NCBI GenBank assembly: GCA_963768655.1
Contig: CAVYIM010000003.1
Coordinates: 717,682 to 781,681, forward strand
Direction of reading: 5' to 3'
DNA from: an uncultured Chloroflexia bacterium
GTDB lineage: Bacteria; Chloroflexota; Limnocylindria; Limnocylindrales; CSP1-4
DNA: 64,000 bases
Below the pieces are notes generated by a model, which searched no databases, was not told the DNA's origin, and was given only the letters and a program-made list of their open reading frames with translations. The translations under genes and the position numbers were made by a program. Shown in pieces: positions 21,374 through 31,466 of the stretch; the stretch's first letter is position 1, and each line of letters opens with the position of its first letter.

Positions 21374-22783
21374 TCAGCGCCCCGTCAGCATCGCCGGCAT
21401 GGTGCGGGCCATGATCTTGACGTCCAGCCAGAGGGACCAGCTGTCGATGTACTCGAGGTCCTTCTCGACCCACTGATCGAACTCGGGGCATCGGCGAGCG
21501 TCTATCTGCCACAGGCCCGTCATGCCGGGCTTCATCGACAGCCGCCGGCGGTGCCAGACGTCGTACTGCGCGACCTCGCTCGCGAGCGGCGGACGAGGTC
21601 CGACCAGGCTCATCTCGCCTCGCAAGACATTCCACAGCTGGGGCAACTCGTCCAGCGATGTCCGACGCAGGAACTGGCCCATGCGCGTGACCCTGGGGTC
21701 GCGCTCCAGCTTGAAAGCATGCCCCTGGATTTCGTTGCGGTCGCTCAACTCGGCGAGCCGTTGCTCGGCGTCGCTGCACATGCTGCGGAACTTGACCATT
21801 GTGAAGGTCCGGCCGTGGAGGCCGACTCGTTCCTGGCGGAACAGGACGGGTCCGCTGGAGTCGAGCTTGACCAGCACCGCAAGCAGTGCCATGACCGGCG
21901 ACAGGACCACCATGAGGACTACCGAAGCCACGATGTCCACGATGCGCTTGGCAACCAGTGCGAGGGCCCGGTCGGGACCGTTCGCAAGCGAGTAGACGCC
22001 CACTCCGTCGATGTTCTCCAGGCGACCGAGCGTCAACACCCGTTCTATTGGAGCCGCCGGCACCCGCACGACCTTGCCCTCCTGCTGGCACAGGTGGGCG
22101 GCCTGCTCGATGATGTCCTCCATGGCGAAGGGCAGGCAGATGGCCACCTCATCCACTATCCGACTGTGTAGCACTTTCTCGAGGTCTTCGACAGAACCGA
22201 GCAGCGGTCGACCCAGGTAGACGCCGTTGTCGGATGCTCCCGCCTTCAGGTGCCCGATGACCACCAAACCCAGCTCGGGATGGCCTTCGACCATGTTGGC
22301 GAACGCCTTTGCCCTCGCGTTGGCGCCCAGCACGAGCATGTGGCGGACGTTGCGGCCTTTATTGCGAAGATAGAAGAGCGCATACCGCATCCCCACTCGC
22401 AAGCCGAAGGCGGCCGCCACCAGCGACGGAAAGACGACCAACAGGAGAAGGCGGCTCACATCCGGGAGCTTGAAGAGGAACAGGGCGCTCAGCGTTATGG
22501 CCACCAGGGCGATCGCTGCCCCCAGAACCTCGCTGAACTCACCCCGCAGCGTCCAGTGCCAGCGACTCTGGTAGAGGCCGCGCATCCACAGCAGCCCTAT
22601 CCATGTGACGACGAACAGCCCCACAGCGAGTCTGGCGTCCGGGAGCGAGGCGTCGAGGGCCGTGTCCCACTCTGCAGCCGGCCCGAACCTGAGGCTGGCT
22701 GCGACGACGACGACCGCAACGGCAACCAGCGCATCAGCCATCATCAGGATGAGCTGGAACACGGTGGCGTGGCGACGGATCAT
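21374..22783 (-). CDS. polyprenyl-phosphate hexose-1-phosphate transferase (WbaP/WcaJ-type polyisoprenyl-phosphate glycosylphosphotransferase, PGT)
   Basis: N-terminal TM helices, then 'GPVLFRQERVGLHGRTFTMVKFRSM', 'DPRVTRMGQFLRRTSLDELPQLWNVLRGEMSLVGPRPP' and a C-terminal 'WSLWLDVKI' block. These are hallmarks of the bacterial sugar transferase domain. Confidence 0.9.
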   Translation of the reverse strand: MIRRHATVFQLILMMADALVAVAVVVVAASLRFGPAAEWDTALDASLPDARLAVGLFVVTWIGLLWMRGLYQSRWHWTLRGEFSEVLGAAIALVAITLSALFLFKLPDVSRLLLLVVFPSLVAAAFGLRVGMRYALFYLRNKGRNVRHMLVLGANARAKAFANMVEGHPELGLVVIGHLKAGASDNGVYLGRPLLGSVEDLEKVLHSRIVDEVAICLPFAMEDIIEQAAHLCQQEGKVVRVPAAPIERVLTLGRLENIDGVGVYSLANGPDRALALVAKRIVDIVASVVLMVVLSPVMALLAVLVKLDSSGPVLFRQERVGLHGRTFTMVKFRSMCSDAEQRLAELSDRNEIQGHAFKLERDPRVTRMGQFLRRTSLDELPQLWNVLRGEMSLVGPRPPLASEVAQYDVWHRRRLSMKPGMTGLWQIDARRCPEFDQWVEKDLEYIDSWSLWLDVKIMARTMPAMLTGR

Positions 22784-23093
22784 GTGCCGGTGCGCCTCCT
22801 ACCCGCCCAGGTCGAAACTCGCCGACGCTGGGTGACGTTGCGCATTGTACCCGGTCACCCTTGGGCGCGATACCTGCCGGCAAGGGCAGCACCGGAGCGC
22901 CCATCGGACGAAGGCGGCGGGATCGGGCGTCCGGCCGTCCGCGCGGCCGGGCACCGCGGGCCGCAAACGGGACCCCGCCTGGTGTGGGATACTCGACCCA
23001 ACTCCGCGAGTCACCGCGGACTCCACGTCGCGGCCTTCCGCTCCGGCACACGGCCTGAGCGGCCCGCCCCGCCAGGACGGCTTGTCGAGAAAC

Positions 23094-24413
23094 ATGTTGG
23101 TGGACTCTAAGAGCGAGCGTAAGGCCGTGAGCCCCGCTCCTGCGAAGCGTGTCTGCGTGATCGGGCTTGGCTTCGCCGGGCTCCCCACGGCAACCGCAAT
23201 CGCCGCCGCCGGGCACCGGACCACCGGCCTGGACATCGATGCCGCGAAAGTCGCCAGCATCAACGGCGGCCATGCCACGAGCGGCATCCCTGCCGCGGCG
23301 ATCGCCCCGCTCATCGAGGATGGGTCTCTCACCGCCACGACCGACGCCGCCGCCATTGCGCGGGCCGAGGTCGTGCTCATCACCGTGCCGACGCCGATCG
23401 ACAGCGAGGGTCGGCCGAACGAGGTCCCCGTCGAGCGGGCCTGCGAAACGGTTCTCGAACATGTCTCGGACGGGGCGCTGATCGTGATGCAGTGCACGGT
23501 CATCCCCGGGACCACCCGGCGCCTGCTGGTCGACCCGCTCAACGCCGCGGGCCGCAAGGTCGGAGAGGACATCTTCGTCGCCTTCAGCCCCGAGCGGATC
23601 AACCCGGGCGACCCGGTCTTCAACGTCAGCAACACCACCAAGCTCGTGGCCGGGGCCACGGATGCCTGCCTCGAGCGCGGACGCGAGTTCGTCGCCTCGT
23701 TCGTGTCCTCCGCGATGCCGGTGGCTTCACTCGAGACGGCGGAGCTGGCCAAGCTCGTCGAGAATACGTTCCGCTTCATCAACATCAGCTTCGTCAACGA
23801 GCTGGCCGTTCTGTGCGACCGTTTCGGGGTCAACGCCTGGGACGTGATCGCGGCCGCGGCCACGAAGCCGTTCGCGTTCATGGCTCATTTCCCCGGGCCC
23901 GGCATCGGCGGCGATTGCATCCCCGTCTCGCCGCGATACCTTCAGGCCGCGGCTGAGCGCAAAGGGCTCGTCTCCGACGTGATCGCGGCCTCGTTCCGCG
24001 CCACCGGCCGCATGCCCGGGCACGTCGCCGATCGCCTGGCGGCTCTCCTTGCCGAGCGCGGTCGGGTCATGACCGGCGCGCGGGTGATCGTCGTGGGGCT
24101 GGCGTACAAGCCGGATATCGCCGACGCCCGCCACTCCCCGGCAGTTGGCGTGATCCGCGAGCTCGAGTCTCGGGGGGCTGAGGTTCTGGTCCACGATCCG
24201 CTGGCTACCGGGATCATCGTCGACGGCGTGCTGCGACCTTCCGTCCCGCTCGATCGGGTCTGGCCGGCGGGTGCCGTCGGTGCCGACGCAGCTGTCGTGG
24301 TCACGCCCCATTCGAGCATCGACTATGCGGCTCTGGCCGGCCGGGTCGGAGTCGTTCTCGACACCCGCAATGCGCTCGGACGGGTCGGCTCCGAGCGGAT
24401 AGTCTCTCTCTGA
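23094..24413 (+). CDS. UDP-N-acetyl-D-mannosamine/glucosamine dehydrogenase-like (WecC/Cap5O type), copy 3
   Basis: 'VCVIGLGFAGLPTATAIA', 'ITVPTPID', 'FSPERINPGD', 'FPGPGIGGDCIP' and 'GLAYKPDIADARHSPA'. ATG 23094 is chosen because the 83 codons upstream in the ORF are Arg/Pro-rich filler. Confidence 0.8.
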   Translation: MLVDSKSERKAVSPAPAKRVCVIGLGFAGLPTATAIAAAGHRTTGLDIDAAKVASINGGHATSGIPAAAIAPLIEDGSLTATTDAAAIARAEVVLITVPTPIDSEGRPNEVPVERACETVLEHVSDGALIVMQCTVIPGTTRRLLVDPLNAAGRKVGEDIFVAFSPERINPGDPVFNVSNTTKLVAGATDACLERGREFVASFVSSAMPVASLETAELAKLVENTFRFINISFVNELAVLCDRFGVNAWDVIAAAATKPFAFMAHFPGPGIGGDCIPVSPRYLQAAAERKGLVSDVIAASFRATGRMPGHVADRLAALLAERGRVMTGARVIVVGLAYKPDIADARHSPAVGVIRELESRGAEVLVHDPLATGIIVDGVLRPSVPLDRVWPAGAVGADAAVVVTPHSSIDYAALAGRVGVVLDTRNALGRVGSERIVSL

Positions 24414-24627
24414 GCCCGATCGGTCCCGGACAGGTCCCGCGAAGGCCGCCCCGGCGGCCGCCAATCAGCTGAACTCTAGAACCACACCCGGCCTCAACCC
24501 GCACGGACGCGCGGCGGGGGCCGCCCCGGCGGGCGGACCGCGCAGCCGGCCGGCCGCGTCAGAGCGGATGGCGGACGACCTCGATAGCCTGGTATCGTCA
24601 CCTGCTAGCAGAACGAGGTGAGAAGTT

Positions 24628-25725
24628 GTGATCTTCGGTCCGCTGGCTGTTGGCGCGGCCGCCTTCGTGGTCGCGGTCCTGATGGTTCCGCTGACGAACA
24701 GGCTGGCCTTCCGCTTTGGAGCAGTCGTTCATCCCAGGGAGGATCGCTGGTCCCGTCAGGTCGTGCCGATCCTCGGCGGTCTGGCGGTGGCGATTGCCGT
24801 CGCGGCCGTGGCGTGGATGGCGGTCGACGAAGGAACGACGTTCTTCGCCTGGCTGGCGGGCCTGATCGGCCTGACCGTGCTTGGCCTGATGGACGACCTC
24901 TGGGACGTTCATCCACGCTACCGCCTAATCGCCGAGGCGCTGCTCGGCGCCGGCTTCCTGGTGGTCGTGTTCGACGATCTCGACACTCTGCCGCGGCTGG
25001 CGGTCGGCCTAGCCGGTGCGATCGCGATACCGATGATGACCAACGCCACGAACCTGGTCGATAACTCGGATGGGCTGGCGAGCTCTCTTTCTGCCGAGAC
25101 GGCGCTGACAATTGCCCTGACCGCGATCGTGGCCGGGATGAAGGGCAACGAGGTGGGCCTCGGTCTCGTAGTCACGGGCGCGTGCCTGGGCTTCCTGGTC
25201 CACAACCGCCCGCCGGCGCGGGTCTTCATGGGCGACGCGGGCAGCCTTGGCCTCGGCTTCGCGCTTGCCGGCGCCGGCGTGCTGCTGATCCACGATGCTG
25301 AGATACACCCCAGTGCCCAGGCGACGGCGGCAGCCCTGGCCATTCCGCTGGCGGCCTTCGTCCAGTTCGGGGACGTGGCGATGGTCTCGGTGACCCGCAT
25401 CCGGCGCGGCGTGTCGCCGTTCAAAGGCGGCACGGATCACACTTCTCACCGGCTTGTTCGGGCCGGGCTTCGCCCGTGGGAGATGCTGGGCGTCGTGGGG
25501 CTGGCCAGCGGCGTGTGCGGCGGCCTGGCGATGCTCCTGGCCTGGCTCGCCCCCGCCCCTCTCTTCGAAATCGTCGTGGTGGTGGTGGCCGGCATCCTGG
25601 TGCTCGGTTTCGAGACCGTCGTTGCCCTGCAGGTTCCATTCGAATCCCCGGTGCCGACCGCGGGCTCGGCCGCGCCGGTGGCGGGCGTGGTGGCTGCCCC
25701 GAAGACGGCGGGCGGATCCCGGTGA
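24628..25725 (+). CDS. WecA/MraY-family (glycosyl transferase family 4) polyprenyl-phosphate HexNAc-1-phosphate transferase
   Basis: 'LGLMDDLWDV', 'NATNLVDNSDGLA' and 'VFMGDAGSLGLGF' within a polytopic membrane protein. GTG start preceded by GAGGTGAG. Confidence 0.85.
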   Translation: MIFGPLAVGAAAFVVAVLMVPLTNRLAFRFGAVVHPREDRWSRQVVPILGGLAVAIAVAAVAWMAVDEGTTFFAWLAGLIGLTVLGLMDDLWDVHPRYRLIAEALLGAGFLVVVFDDLDTLPRLAVGLAGAIAIPMMTNATNLVDNSDGLASSLSAETALTIALTAIVAGMKGNEVGLGLVVTGACLGFLVHNRPPARVFMGDAGSLGLGFALAGAGVLLIHDAEIHPSAQATAAALAIPLAAFVQFGDVAMVSVTRIRRGVSPFKGGTDHTSHRLVRAGLRPWEMLGVVGLASGVCGGLAMLLAWLAPAPLFEIVVVVVAGILVLGFETVVALQVPFESPVPTAGSAAPVAGVVAAPKTAGGSR

Positions 25726-26687
25726 GGGTCCTGGTCACCGGCGGGGCCGGCTTCGTCGGCTCTCATCTGGTCGACGCGCACGTGGCCAGCGGCGATGACG
25801 TCGTCGTCGTGGACGATCTCTCGACCGGCCGCCGCGAGAACGTCGCGGCCCACGTCGCCGCGGGCCGGGTCCGCTTCCTGGAGGGCAAGGCGGAGGATTC
25901 GGCCATCATCGAGCCCGCCTTCGACGGCGTCGAGCTGGTCTACCACCTGGCCGCCGCGGTAGGCGTGTTCCAGATCCTGGCCCACCCCCTGGCGTCGATC
26001 CGGACGAACCTGGAGGCCTCTGCTGCCGTATTCGAGCGGGCTGCGGCTCGAGGAGTCCGGACGATCTTCACCTCGACCAGCGAGGTCTACGGCAAGAACG
26101 TTTCGCACGCCCTGAACGAGGACGACGACACGATCTACGGCGCCACCAAGGTCCACCGCTGGCTGTACGCGGTGTCGAAGGCCACCGACGAGTTCCTGGC
26201 CCTCGCTTACCAGCAGGAGCGCGGGCTGCCAGTCACGGTCGTGCGCCTCTTCAACACGACCGGTCCGCGCCAGACCGGCGCCTACGGAATGGTCGTGCCG
26301 CGTTTCGTCCGCCAGGCGATCGAAGGCCAGCCGCTGACCGTCTACGGCGACGGCAGCCAGCTGCGCTGCTTCACCAACGTCCACGACGTGGTGGCGGCGC
26401 TGATGACCCTGGCCGCGACGCCGGCCGCGATCGGCGAGGTGGTCAACGTCGGCAACCCGCGCGAGATCTCGATCCGCGACCTTGCCGCTCTCGTGTGCGA
26501 GATCGTCGGTTCGAGCTCGCCCGTCGAGCTGGTCGACTACGAGTCGGCGTACGGCCGGGGATTCGAGGACATGCGCCGCCGCGTCCCGGACGTGAGCCGG
26601 CTGCGGGGCCTGATCGGCTTCGTGCCCACGACCCCGCTCGAAGAGACGATCAGGGAAATCGCCCGCGACCTGGCTCCCGACCGATAA
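25722..26687 (+). CDS. extended-SDR NDP-sugar epimerase/dehydratase
   Basis: GTGA overlap with the upstream gene. 'VLVTGGAGFVGSHLV', 'STSEVYG', 'YAVSKATDE' (YxxxK) and 'RLFNTTGPRQ'. Confidence 0.8.
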   Translation: MRVLVTGGAGFVGSHLVDAHVASGDDVVVVDDLSTGRRENVAAHVAAGRVRFLEGKAEDSAIIEPAFDGVELVYHLAAAVGVFQILAHPLASIRTNLEASAAVFERAAARGVRTIFTSTSEVYGKNVSHALNEDDDTIYGATKVHRWLYAVSKATDEFLALAYQQERGLPVTVVRLFNTTGPRQTGAYGMVVPRFVRQAIEGQPLTVYGDGSQLRCFTNVHDVVAALMTLAATPAAIGEVVNVGNPREISIRDLAALVCEIVGSSSPVELVDYESAYGRGFEDMRRRVPDVSRLRGLIGFVPTTPLEETIREIARDLAPDR

Positions 26688-26814
26688 GCCGCCCGCTCGG
26701 GATCCGGCGCCCGTCGCCCAACCCCCGGCGCACGTCGCCCGACCGCCGGCGGCCGCCGGGTATGATCGCGGCTGCGCAACCGTGGGTCTGCGCCGAGCTG
26801 GCAGGAGGAGCGGT

Positions 26815-28488
26815 GTGAGCGAACGCGCCGGGGTTCCGACGGTCGATTCGGTCGGGGCGGGGGGACGCGGAACCTTCCGGCGGGCGGCAGGGTTCGTGCA
26901 GGATCCGGCGGGTCTGTCGGCGCTCGCCGCGGTGATCGCCGCGGTCGTCCTCTGGCTGGTGGTCCAACCGCTCACTCGCGCCACCGCCGACACTGATGCC
27001 GCTGCCTCGGTTATGTACTTCGAACGGATCGTCCAGGGCCACCGCCTCGAGGCCTTCTTTCCGACCACCCCCAAGCCTCTGCTGACGCTCGTCTACGGCG
27101 TGGCCTGGTCCCTGACACACGACTGGCACTCCCTCGCGGTCATGACTCTCCTCGTGGCCGCGCTGGCAGTGGGCATGGCGACGCGGCTGGCGGCCCGGCT
27201 GGGCGGCATCCCGGCCGCCGCATTCGTGGCCATCGCGCTGATCGTCTGGCCCAGCTTCTGGCTCGAGGTGGCCGATGCCAATTCGTTCGTGTGGGGCCTG
27301 GCCCTGTGGCTGCTGGCGGCACTGCTCATCACCGCGGATCGCCCGAGGCCCTGGCTGGCCGGTTTCGTGCTGGTGCTGGCCGGTCTTGCCCGAACCGAGA
27401 CGATCTGGTTGGTCGTTACGGCCGCCGGCTGCGCCGCGGTCGTTCTGATTCGAGCCAGGCGAACCGGCGATCGAAGCCAGCTGCGCCTGGCGCTGCCGCC
27501 GATTCTGGGTGCCCTGGCCGTGCCTCTGGCCTGTCTCCACGACTTCCTGCTGACTGGGAGGCCCTTCTACTGGCTGAACGTGCCCGCCGGCTATACGGCC
27601 CTGGCCTACCCGGGCCTGGCCCCGGCTTCGCCGCTGGCTACGCTCCACCGGGAGATGTATCACTACGTTCCGCTGGGGGCGCTGGCATTCCTCGCCGTGG
27701 TCGGCGTCGCCTGGCTGGCTCTGACCCGATGGCGGGCCGTTGCCTTCGCCCTGGTGGTGCTCGCCGGTGGCGTCCTGGGGACGCTCATCGTCCTGGCGTG
27801 GCGGGCCGTCTTCATCTCGGACCGCTACTACGAAGAGGCCGACGCGGCGATCCTGCTGGCCGCGGCCGTCGGTGGTGGCCTCCTCGTGGACAGGGCCGCG
27901 GCCTGGCTGGGCAAGCGACGTGCCGGCCGCGGCGCGCCGGGCACGGCGACCGCGCGCCCCTGGCCGCGCCAGGCCGCCCTCGGCGGAGTTGCCGCCCTGC
28001 TGGCCCTGGGCCTGGCCTGGGTGTCTTTCCCGCAGGGAGGCGTCCAGCCCGAGATTGCGCGGGCGGACCAGGAGGCCGCCGAGATCAAGGAGGCCGAGCC
28101 GCAACTTGCCGCGATCGTCGCCGGCGCGAACGGCGCCACGATGACCGTGAGCGGCGTCGCCTACCCGGTGGCCGATCCCAAGGGCTGTCGCGTATTCGTG
28201 CCACGCTGGGGGCTGCCGCTCATCTCCGTGGACACCGGCATTCCTATCACGGTGCTCGGCGATTCGTGGCTCGCCTTCCGGAACGGGGACTACTCGGTGC
28301 TCAGCCCCGGCCAGTGGATCCTGCACGTCGCCGCGGACGACGACGGATCCGGCGGCGTCTACGCTCCCTTCGAGCACTCGGTGCCGACGACCCTGACCCT
28401 GAAGAGCGGCGTGGCGCTGACGATCGTCCCGGTCTTCATCGACGAGCAGGCCGGGGTCTGGCTGCTTCGAGTCGACGCGGCGGGCTGA
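26815..28488 (+). CDS. polytopic membrane protein, probable GT-C-like glycosyltransferase/polymerase with a C-terminal extracytoplasmic domain
   Basis: GGAGGAG lies 5 nt before GTG 26815. There are ~10 or more hydrophobic helices with an acidic first loop ('TRATADTDAAASVMYFERI'). A ~170-aa non-hydrophobic C-terminal domain follows. Family not recognised with certainty. Confidence 0.5.
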   Translation: MSERAGVPTVDSVGAGGRGTFRRAAGFVQDPAGLSALAAVIAAVVLWLVVQPLTRATADTDAAASVMYFERIVQGHRLEAFFPTTPKPLLTLVYGVAWSLTHDWHSLAVMTLLVAALAVGMATRLAARLGGIPAAAFVAIALIVWPSFWLEVADANSFVWGLALWLLAALLITADRPRPWLAGFVLVLAGLARTETIWLVVTAAGCAAVVLIRARRTGDRSQLRLALPPILGALAVPLACLHDFLLTGRPFYWLNVPAGYTALAYPGLAPASPLATLHREMYHYVPLGALAFLAVVGVAWLALTRWRAVAFALVVLAGGVLGTLIVLAWRAVFISDRYYEEADAAILLAAAVGGGLLVDRAAAWLGKRRAGRGAPGTATARPWPRQAALGGVAALLALGLAWVSFPQGGVQPEIARADQEAAEIKEAEPQLAAIVAGANGATMTVSGVAYPVADPKGCRVFVPRWGLPLISVDTGIPITVLGDSWLAFRNGDYSVLSPGQWILHVAADDDGSGGVYAPFEHSVPTTLTLKSGVALTIVPVFIDEQAGVWLLRVDAAG

Positions 28489-28580
28489 CCGTCCTGTCGG
28501 CCAGCGCCGCCGATGCGCGACGCGGCGGCCCACTCCGCCGCGGCCGGGCCGCGCATCGCTTCCACTACAATCGCCGGGCC

Positions 28581-29720
28581 ATGCCCACCGAAGAGCCCCT
28601 CGACCTGGCCTTCCTCGGCGACCCGAACAGCGTGCACGTACGCCGCTGGATGGGATTCTTCTCGGACCGGGGTCATCGCGTGACGCTCATCGTGGCGGCC
28701 GACAAGGTCGTCGACCCGGGCATTCCGCCGGCCATCGTCGTGGAGCGGCTTCCACCTTTCGCGTCGAGTCGAGTCCGGCCCATGAGCGCCCTCGCGACCC
28801 GTCGATCGCTCGCCCGGCAGCTTCGCCGGCTCGACCCCGACGTGCTGCACGCTCACTACGTCACGGGCAATGCCTGGCGCGCCTGGCTATCCGCTTTCCA
28901 CCCCTACGTGGTGACGGTGTGGGGCTCCGACGTCCTGGGCATCGGCCGCCAGGGCTGGCGCCGTCGCCTCTACGCCAGGCTTGCGTTGCGCGCCGCCGAC
29001 ATCGTCACGGGCAGTTCGGCGGACCTGGTCCGGGCCGCAGTGGCCGCCGGGTCGCGGGCGGAGCGAACGCGATACATCCATTTCGGCGTGGATACCGAGC
29101 GCTTCTCGCCCGGGCCCGACCCGGCGGGCCTCCGGGCCCGCTTCGGCCTCGTCGGTTGCCGTGTTCTACTCTCGAACCGGATCATCGCGCCGCTGTATCG
29201 CCAGGACGTAGTGGTACGGGTCCTGGCGCAGCTCCCGTCCGACGTGGTGGCCGTGATGACGGCCTACCGGGCCCAGCCGGACGAGGTGGCGAAGATCCGG
29301 GAGCTGGCCGACCGGCTTGGCGTCGCGCCTCGCCTGCGCGTCGTCGACACTCTCGACGAGTCGGAGCTGCCCGACCTGTACCGCCTGGCCGATGTCGTCG
29401 TTTCGATCCCCGCCAGCGACGGTGGGCCCATAACCGTCGCCGAAGCTCTGGCAGTTGGTCGCCCGGTCGTCGCGACCGATTTGCCGAGCCTCCGGGAGTG
29501 GCTCGCCGATCTCGACCCGGCGGCGCTCGTCCCCGTCGACGACGTGGCGGCGACTGTGACGGCGGTCGAGACGGTGCTGTCCAGAGGTCCGGAGGAGCGG
29601 CAGGAGCGGGCGGCCCGAGGTCGGGCTGCGGTGACGGAGCGGGCCGACTGGCGGACGAACATGGAGCGCATGGAAACGCTCTATCGGGAGCTTGCGGCGG
29701 GCCGGCGCGGGACGGCCTGA
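28581..29720 (+). CDS. GT4 glycosyltransferase (paralog A)
   Basis: 'LDLAFLGDPNSVHVRRWMGFFSDRGHRVTLI', 'HAHYVTGNAWRAW', 'VWGSDV' and 'IPASDGGPITVAEALAVGRPVVATD'. It is collinear with the 32750..33931 product. Confidence 0.8.
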   Translation: MPTEEPLDLAFLGDPNSVHVRRWMGFFSDRGHRVTLIVAADKVVDPGIPPAIVVERLPPFASSRVRPMSALATRRSLARQLRRLDPDVLHAHYVTGNAWRAWLSAFHPYVVTVWGSDVLGIGRQGWRRRLYARLALRAADIVTGSSADLVRAAVAAGSRAERTRYIHFGVDTERFSPGPDPAGLRARFGLVGCRVLLSNRIIAPLYRQDVVVRVLAQLPSDVVAVMTAYRAQPDEVAKIRELADRLGVAPRLRVVDTLDESELPDLYRLADVVVSIPASDGGPITVAEALAVGRPVVATDLPSLREWLADLDPAALVPVDDVAATVTAVETVLSRGPEERQERAARGRAAVTERADWRTNMERMETLYRELAAGRRGTA

Positions 29721-29821
29721 CCGCCGAGGTCCGAGGGGGGCCGCCGCACGGCCACGACCCGGCGGCCGGTTCCTGCGCCGCGCCGGCGGTTCTACGGACC
29801 GCGGTTTCGCGCCCGCCGCGC

Positions 29822-30736
29822 TCAGCGGCCGGCTGTCATCAGCTCGACGCTGGACCGGAGATCGTGGACCGACTGCCAGCCGAGGACCTTCCGGGCCAGC
29901 GAGACATCGGCGACCTGCCACGGGACGTCGGACGATCGGGGCGACCCCGCCGCCGTCTCCGCGATCTCGCCCTCGAAACTGACCGCCCGAGCCAGCGCGT
30001 CGACCAACTCGCGGGCGGTGTGGCCGGTTCCCGAAGCCACGTTGACGAGGGGAGCGTCGAGGCTCGGTACGCGACAGGCGGCTACGACGGCGGCGGCTAT
30101 GTCCCGGACGTCGACGAAGTCCCGGACCGACCCGAGAGGCCCGAGCTCGATACGTTGCGTGCCCGTCGCAACGGCCTCGGCCAGGCGTCGCTGAGCCGCG
30201 CCGGGGAGGGAGTTCTCCGGCATCGAGGGCCCCAGGGCATTGAAGACCCGCAGGACGACCGCCTCGCGGCCCTGGTCCGCCGCCGCCAAAACGATCTGGG
30301 TGGCGGCCAGCTTGGCGATGCCGTACGGGCTGACCGGTCTGGCGCAGGCGGACTCGGTCACCGGCCGGCCGGCCGGCCCCGGTCCGTATTCGGCGGCTGA
30401 GCCGAAATGGACCAACCTCGTCCCAAGGTTGGATCGGGCCAGGGCCTCCACGACGCGCGCCGTTACCAGGACGTTGAGACGGACCAGGTCCGACGTCGAG
30501 CCGACGCTGGCCCCGGTGCAATTGACGACGGCGTCCGGCTTCAGGCCCCGCAGCTCGGCCTCGAGGCGAGTGTCGTCGCCGGCCAGCAGATCGAGGTCGA
30601 GCCAGCCACGTTCGAGGCCCGGCAGGGGAGTGCCCAGGCCCGCGCCCACGACTTCGACGTCCGGCTGGCTGGTCAGTGCAGTCGAAACGTGGCTCCCGAT
30701 GAAGCCATTGGCGCCCAGCACCAGGACGAGCGCCAC
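29822..30736 (-). CDS. SDR-family NDP-sugar epimerase/4-ketoreductase
   Basis: 'LVLGANGFIGSHV', 'SAAEYG', 'YGIAKLAAT' (YxxxK) and 'RVFNALGP'. Its start abuts the stop of the nucleotidyltransferase gene. Confidence 0.7.
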   Translation of the reverse strand: MALVLVLGANGFIGSHVSTALTSQPDVEVVGAGLGTPLPGLERGWLDLDLLAGDDTRLEAELRGLKPDAVVNCTGASVGSTSDLVRLNVLVTARVVEALARSNLGTRLVHFGSAAEYGPGPAGRPVTESACARPVSPYGIAKLAATQIVLAAADQGREAVVLRVFNALGPSMPENSLPGAAQRRLAEAVATGTQRIELGPLGSVRDFVDVRDIAAAVVAACRVPSLDAPLVNVASGTGHTARELVDALARAVSFEGEIAETAAGSPRSSDVPWQVADVSLARKVLGWQSVHDLRSSVELMTAGR

Positions 30737-31459
30737 TCAAGACCCCGGCAACAGGTGAGATCTGAGTCGAAGGAACTCGGAGTTGGCGCGGTCGTAGTCC
30801 TCCGGGCGTCCGATGTCGAGCCAGTAGCCTCCGAACGCATACGAGGCCGGGTTCCGCCCGGCGGCGAGGAGGTCGATCACGAGGCGATCGAAGCCGAGCG
30901 GCTCGCCGGCCCGATAGCCTGATAGGGCCGAACGGGAGACTGCGTACACGCCCATGCTGACCTCGTAGTCGAGCTTGGGCTTCTCGACGAACCCGACCAC
31001 ATGACCCGCCTCGACGGTCAGAACCCCGAAGTCGATGTCGACCTGGCGGTGGTACGTGGCTATGGTCAGCGGCGCATCGCCGGCGGCGTGGGCCTCCAGG
31101 AGCGAGGAGAAGCTGAGGTCGGTGAGGATGTCGCCGTTCAGCACCAGGAACTGCTCCGGGAGCTTGTCGAGAAGCGCGACCACCGGTCCCATGGTGCTGA
31201 GCGGCCTGTCCTCGGTGGCGTAGTCCACTTCGAGGCCCCACTGCTCGCCGGTGCCGACGTACGCCCTGATCAGCTCACCCAGGTGGCCGATCGCGATTGT
31301 GACCCGCCGGAAGTCGTCTCGGGCGAGCTGGCGCAGGACGATCTCGATGATGGCGCACTCGTCTCCGATCGGCACGAGAGGCTTGGGAATGCTGGTCGTG
31401 TACGGGCGCAGGCGGGTGCCTTTTCCGCCTGCCAGCAGGACGGCGTGTCGCGCGCTCAT
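30737..31459 (-). CDS. sugar-1-phosphate nucleotidylyltransferase
   Basis: '[25 protein letters not shown]', 'VLNGDILTD', 'GFVEKP' and '[12 protein letters not shown]'. Confidence 0.85.
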   Translation of the reverse strand: MSARHAVLLAGGKGTRLRPYTTSIPKPLVPIGDECAIIEIVLRQLARDDFRRVTIAIGHLGELIRAYVGTGEQWGLEVDYATEDRPLSTMGPVVALLDKLPEQFLVLNGDILTDLSFSSLLEAHAAGDAPLTIATYHRQVDIDFGVLTVEAGHVVGFVEKPKLDYEVSMGVYAVSRSALSGYRAGEPLGFDRLVIDLLAAGRNPASYAFGGYWLDIGRPEDYDRANSEFLRLRSHLLPGS

Positions 31460-31466
31460 CGGGCGC

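Noticed and set aside
26650-28533. 627-aa minus-strand ORF
   Set aside because: It is antisense to the GT-C-like membrane protein gene. The translation is Arg/Gly/Pro/Asp-rich low complexity with no motifs. It is a typical high-GC shadow ORF.
29166-31241. 691-aa minus-strand ORF
   Set aside because: It is out of frame with or antisense to three well-supported genes: the GT4 paralog A, the SDR and the nucleotidyltransferase. The sequence is an Arg/Pro/Gly-rich string with no family signature.
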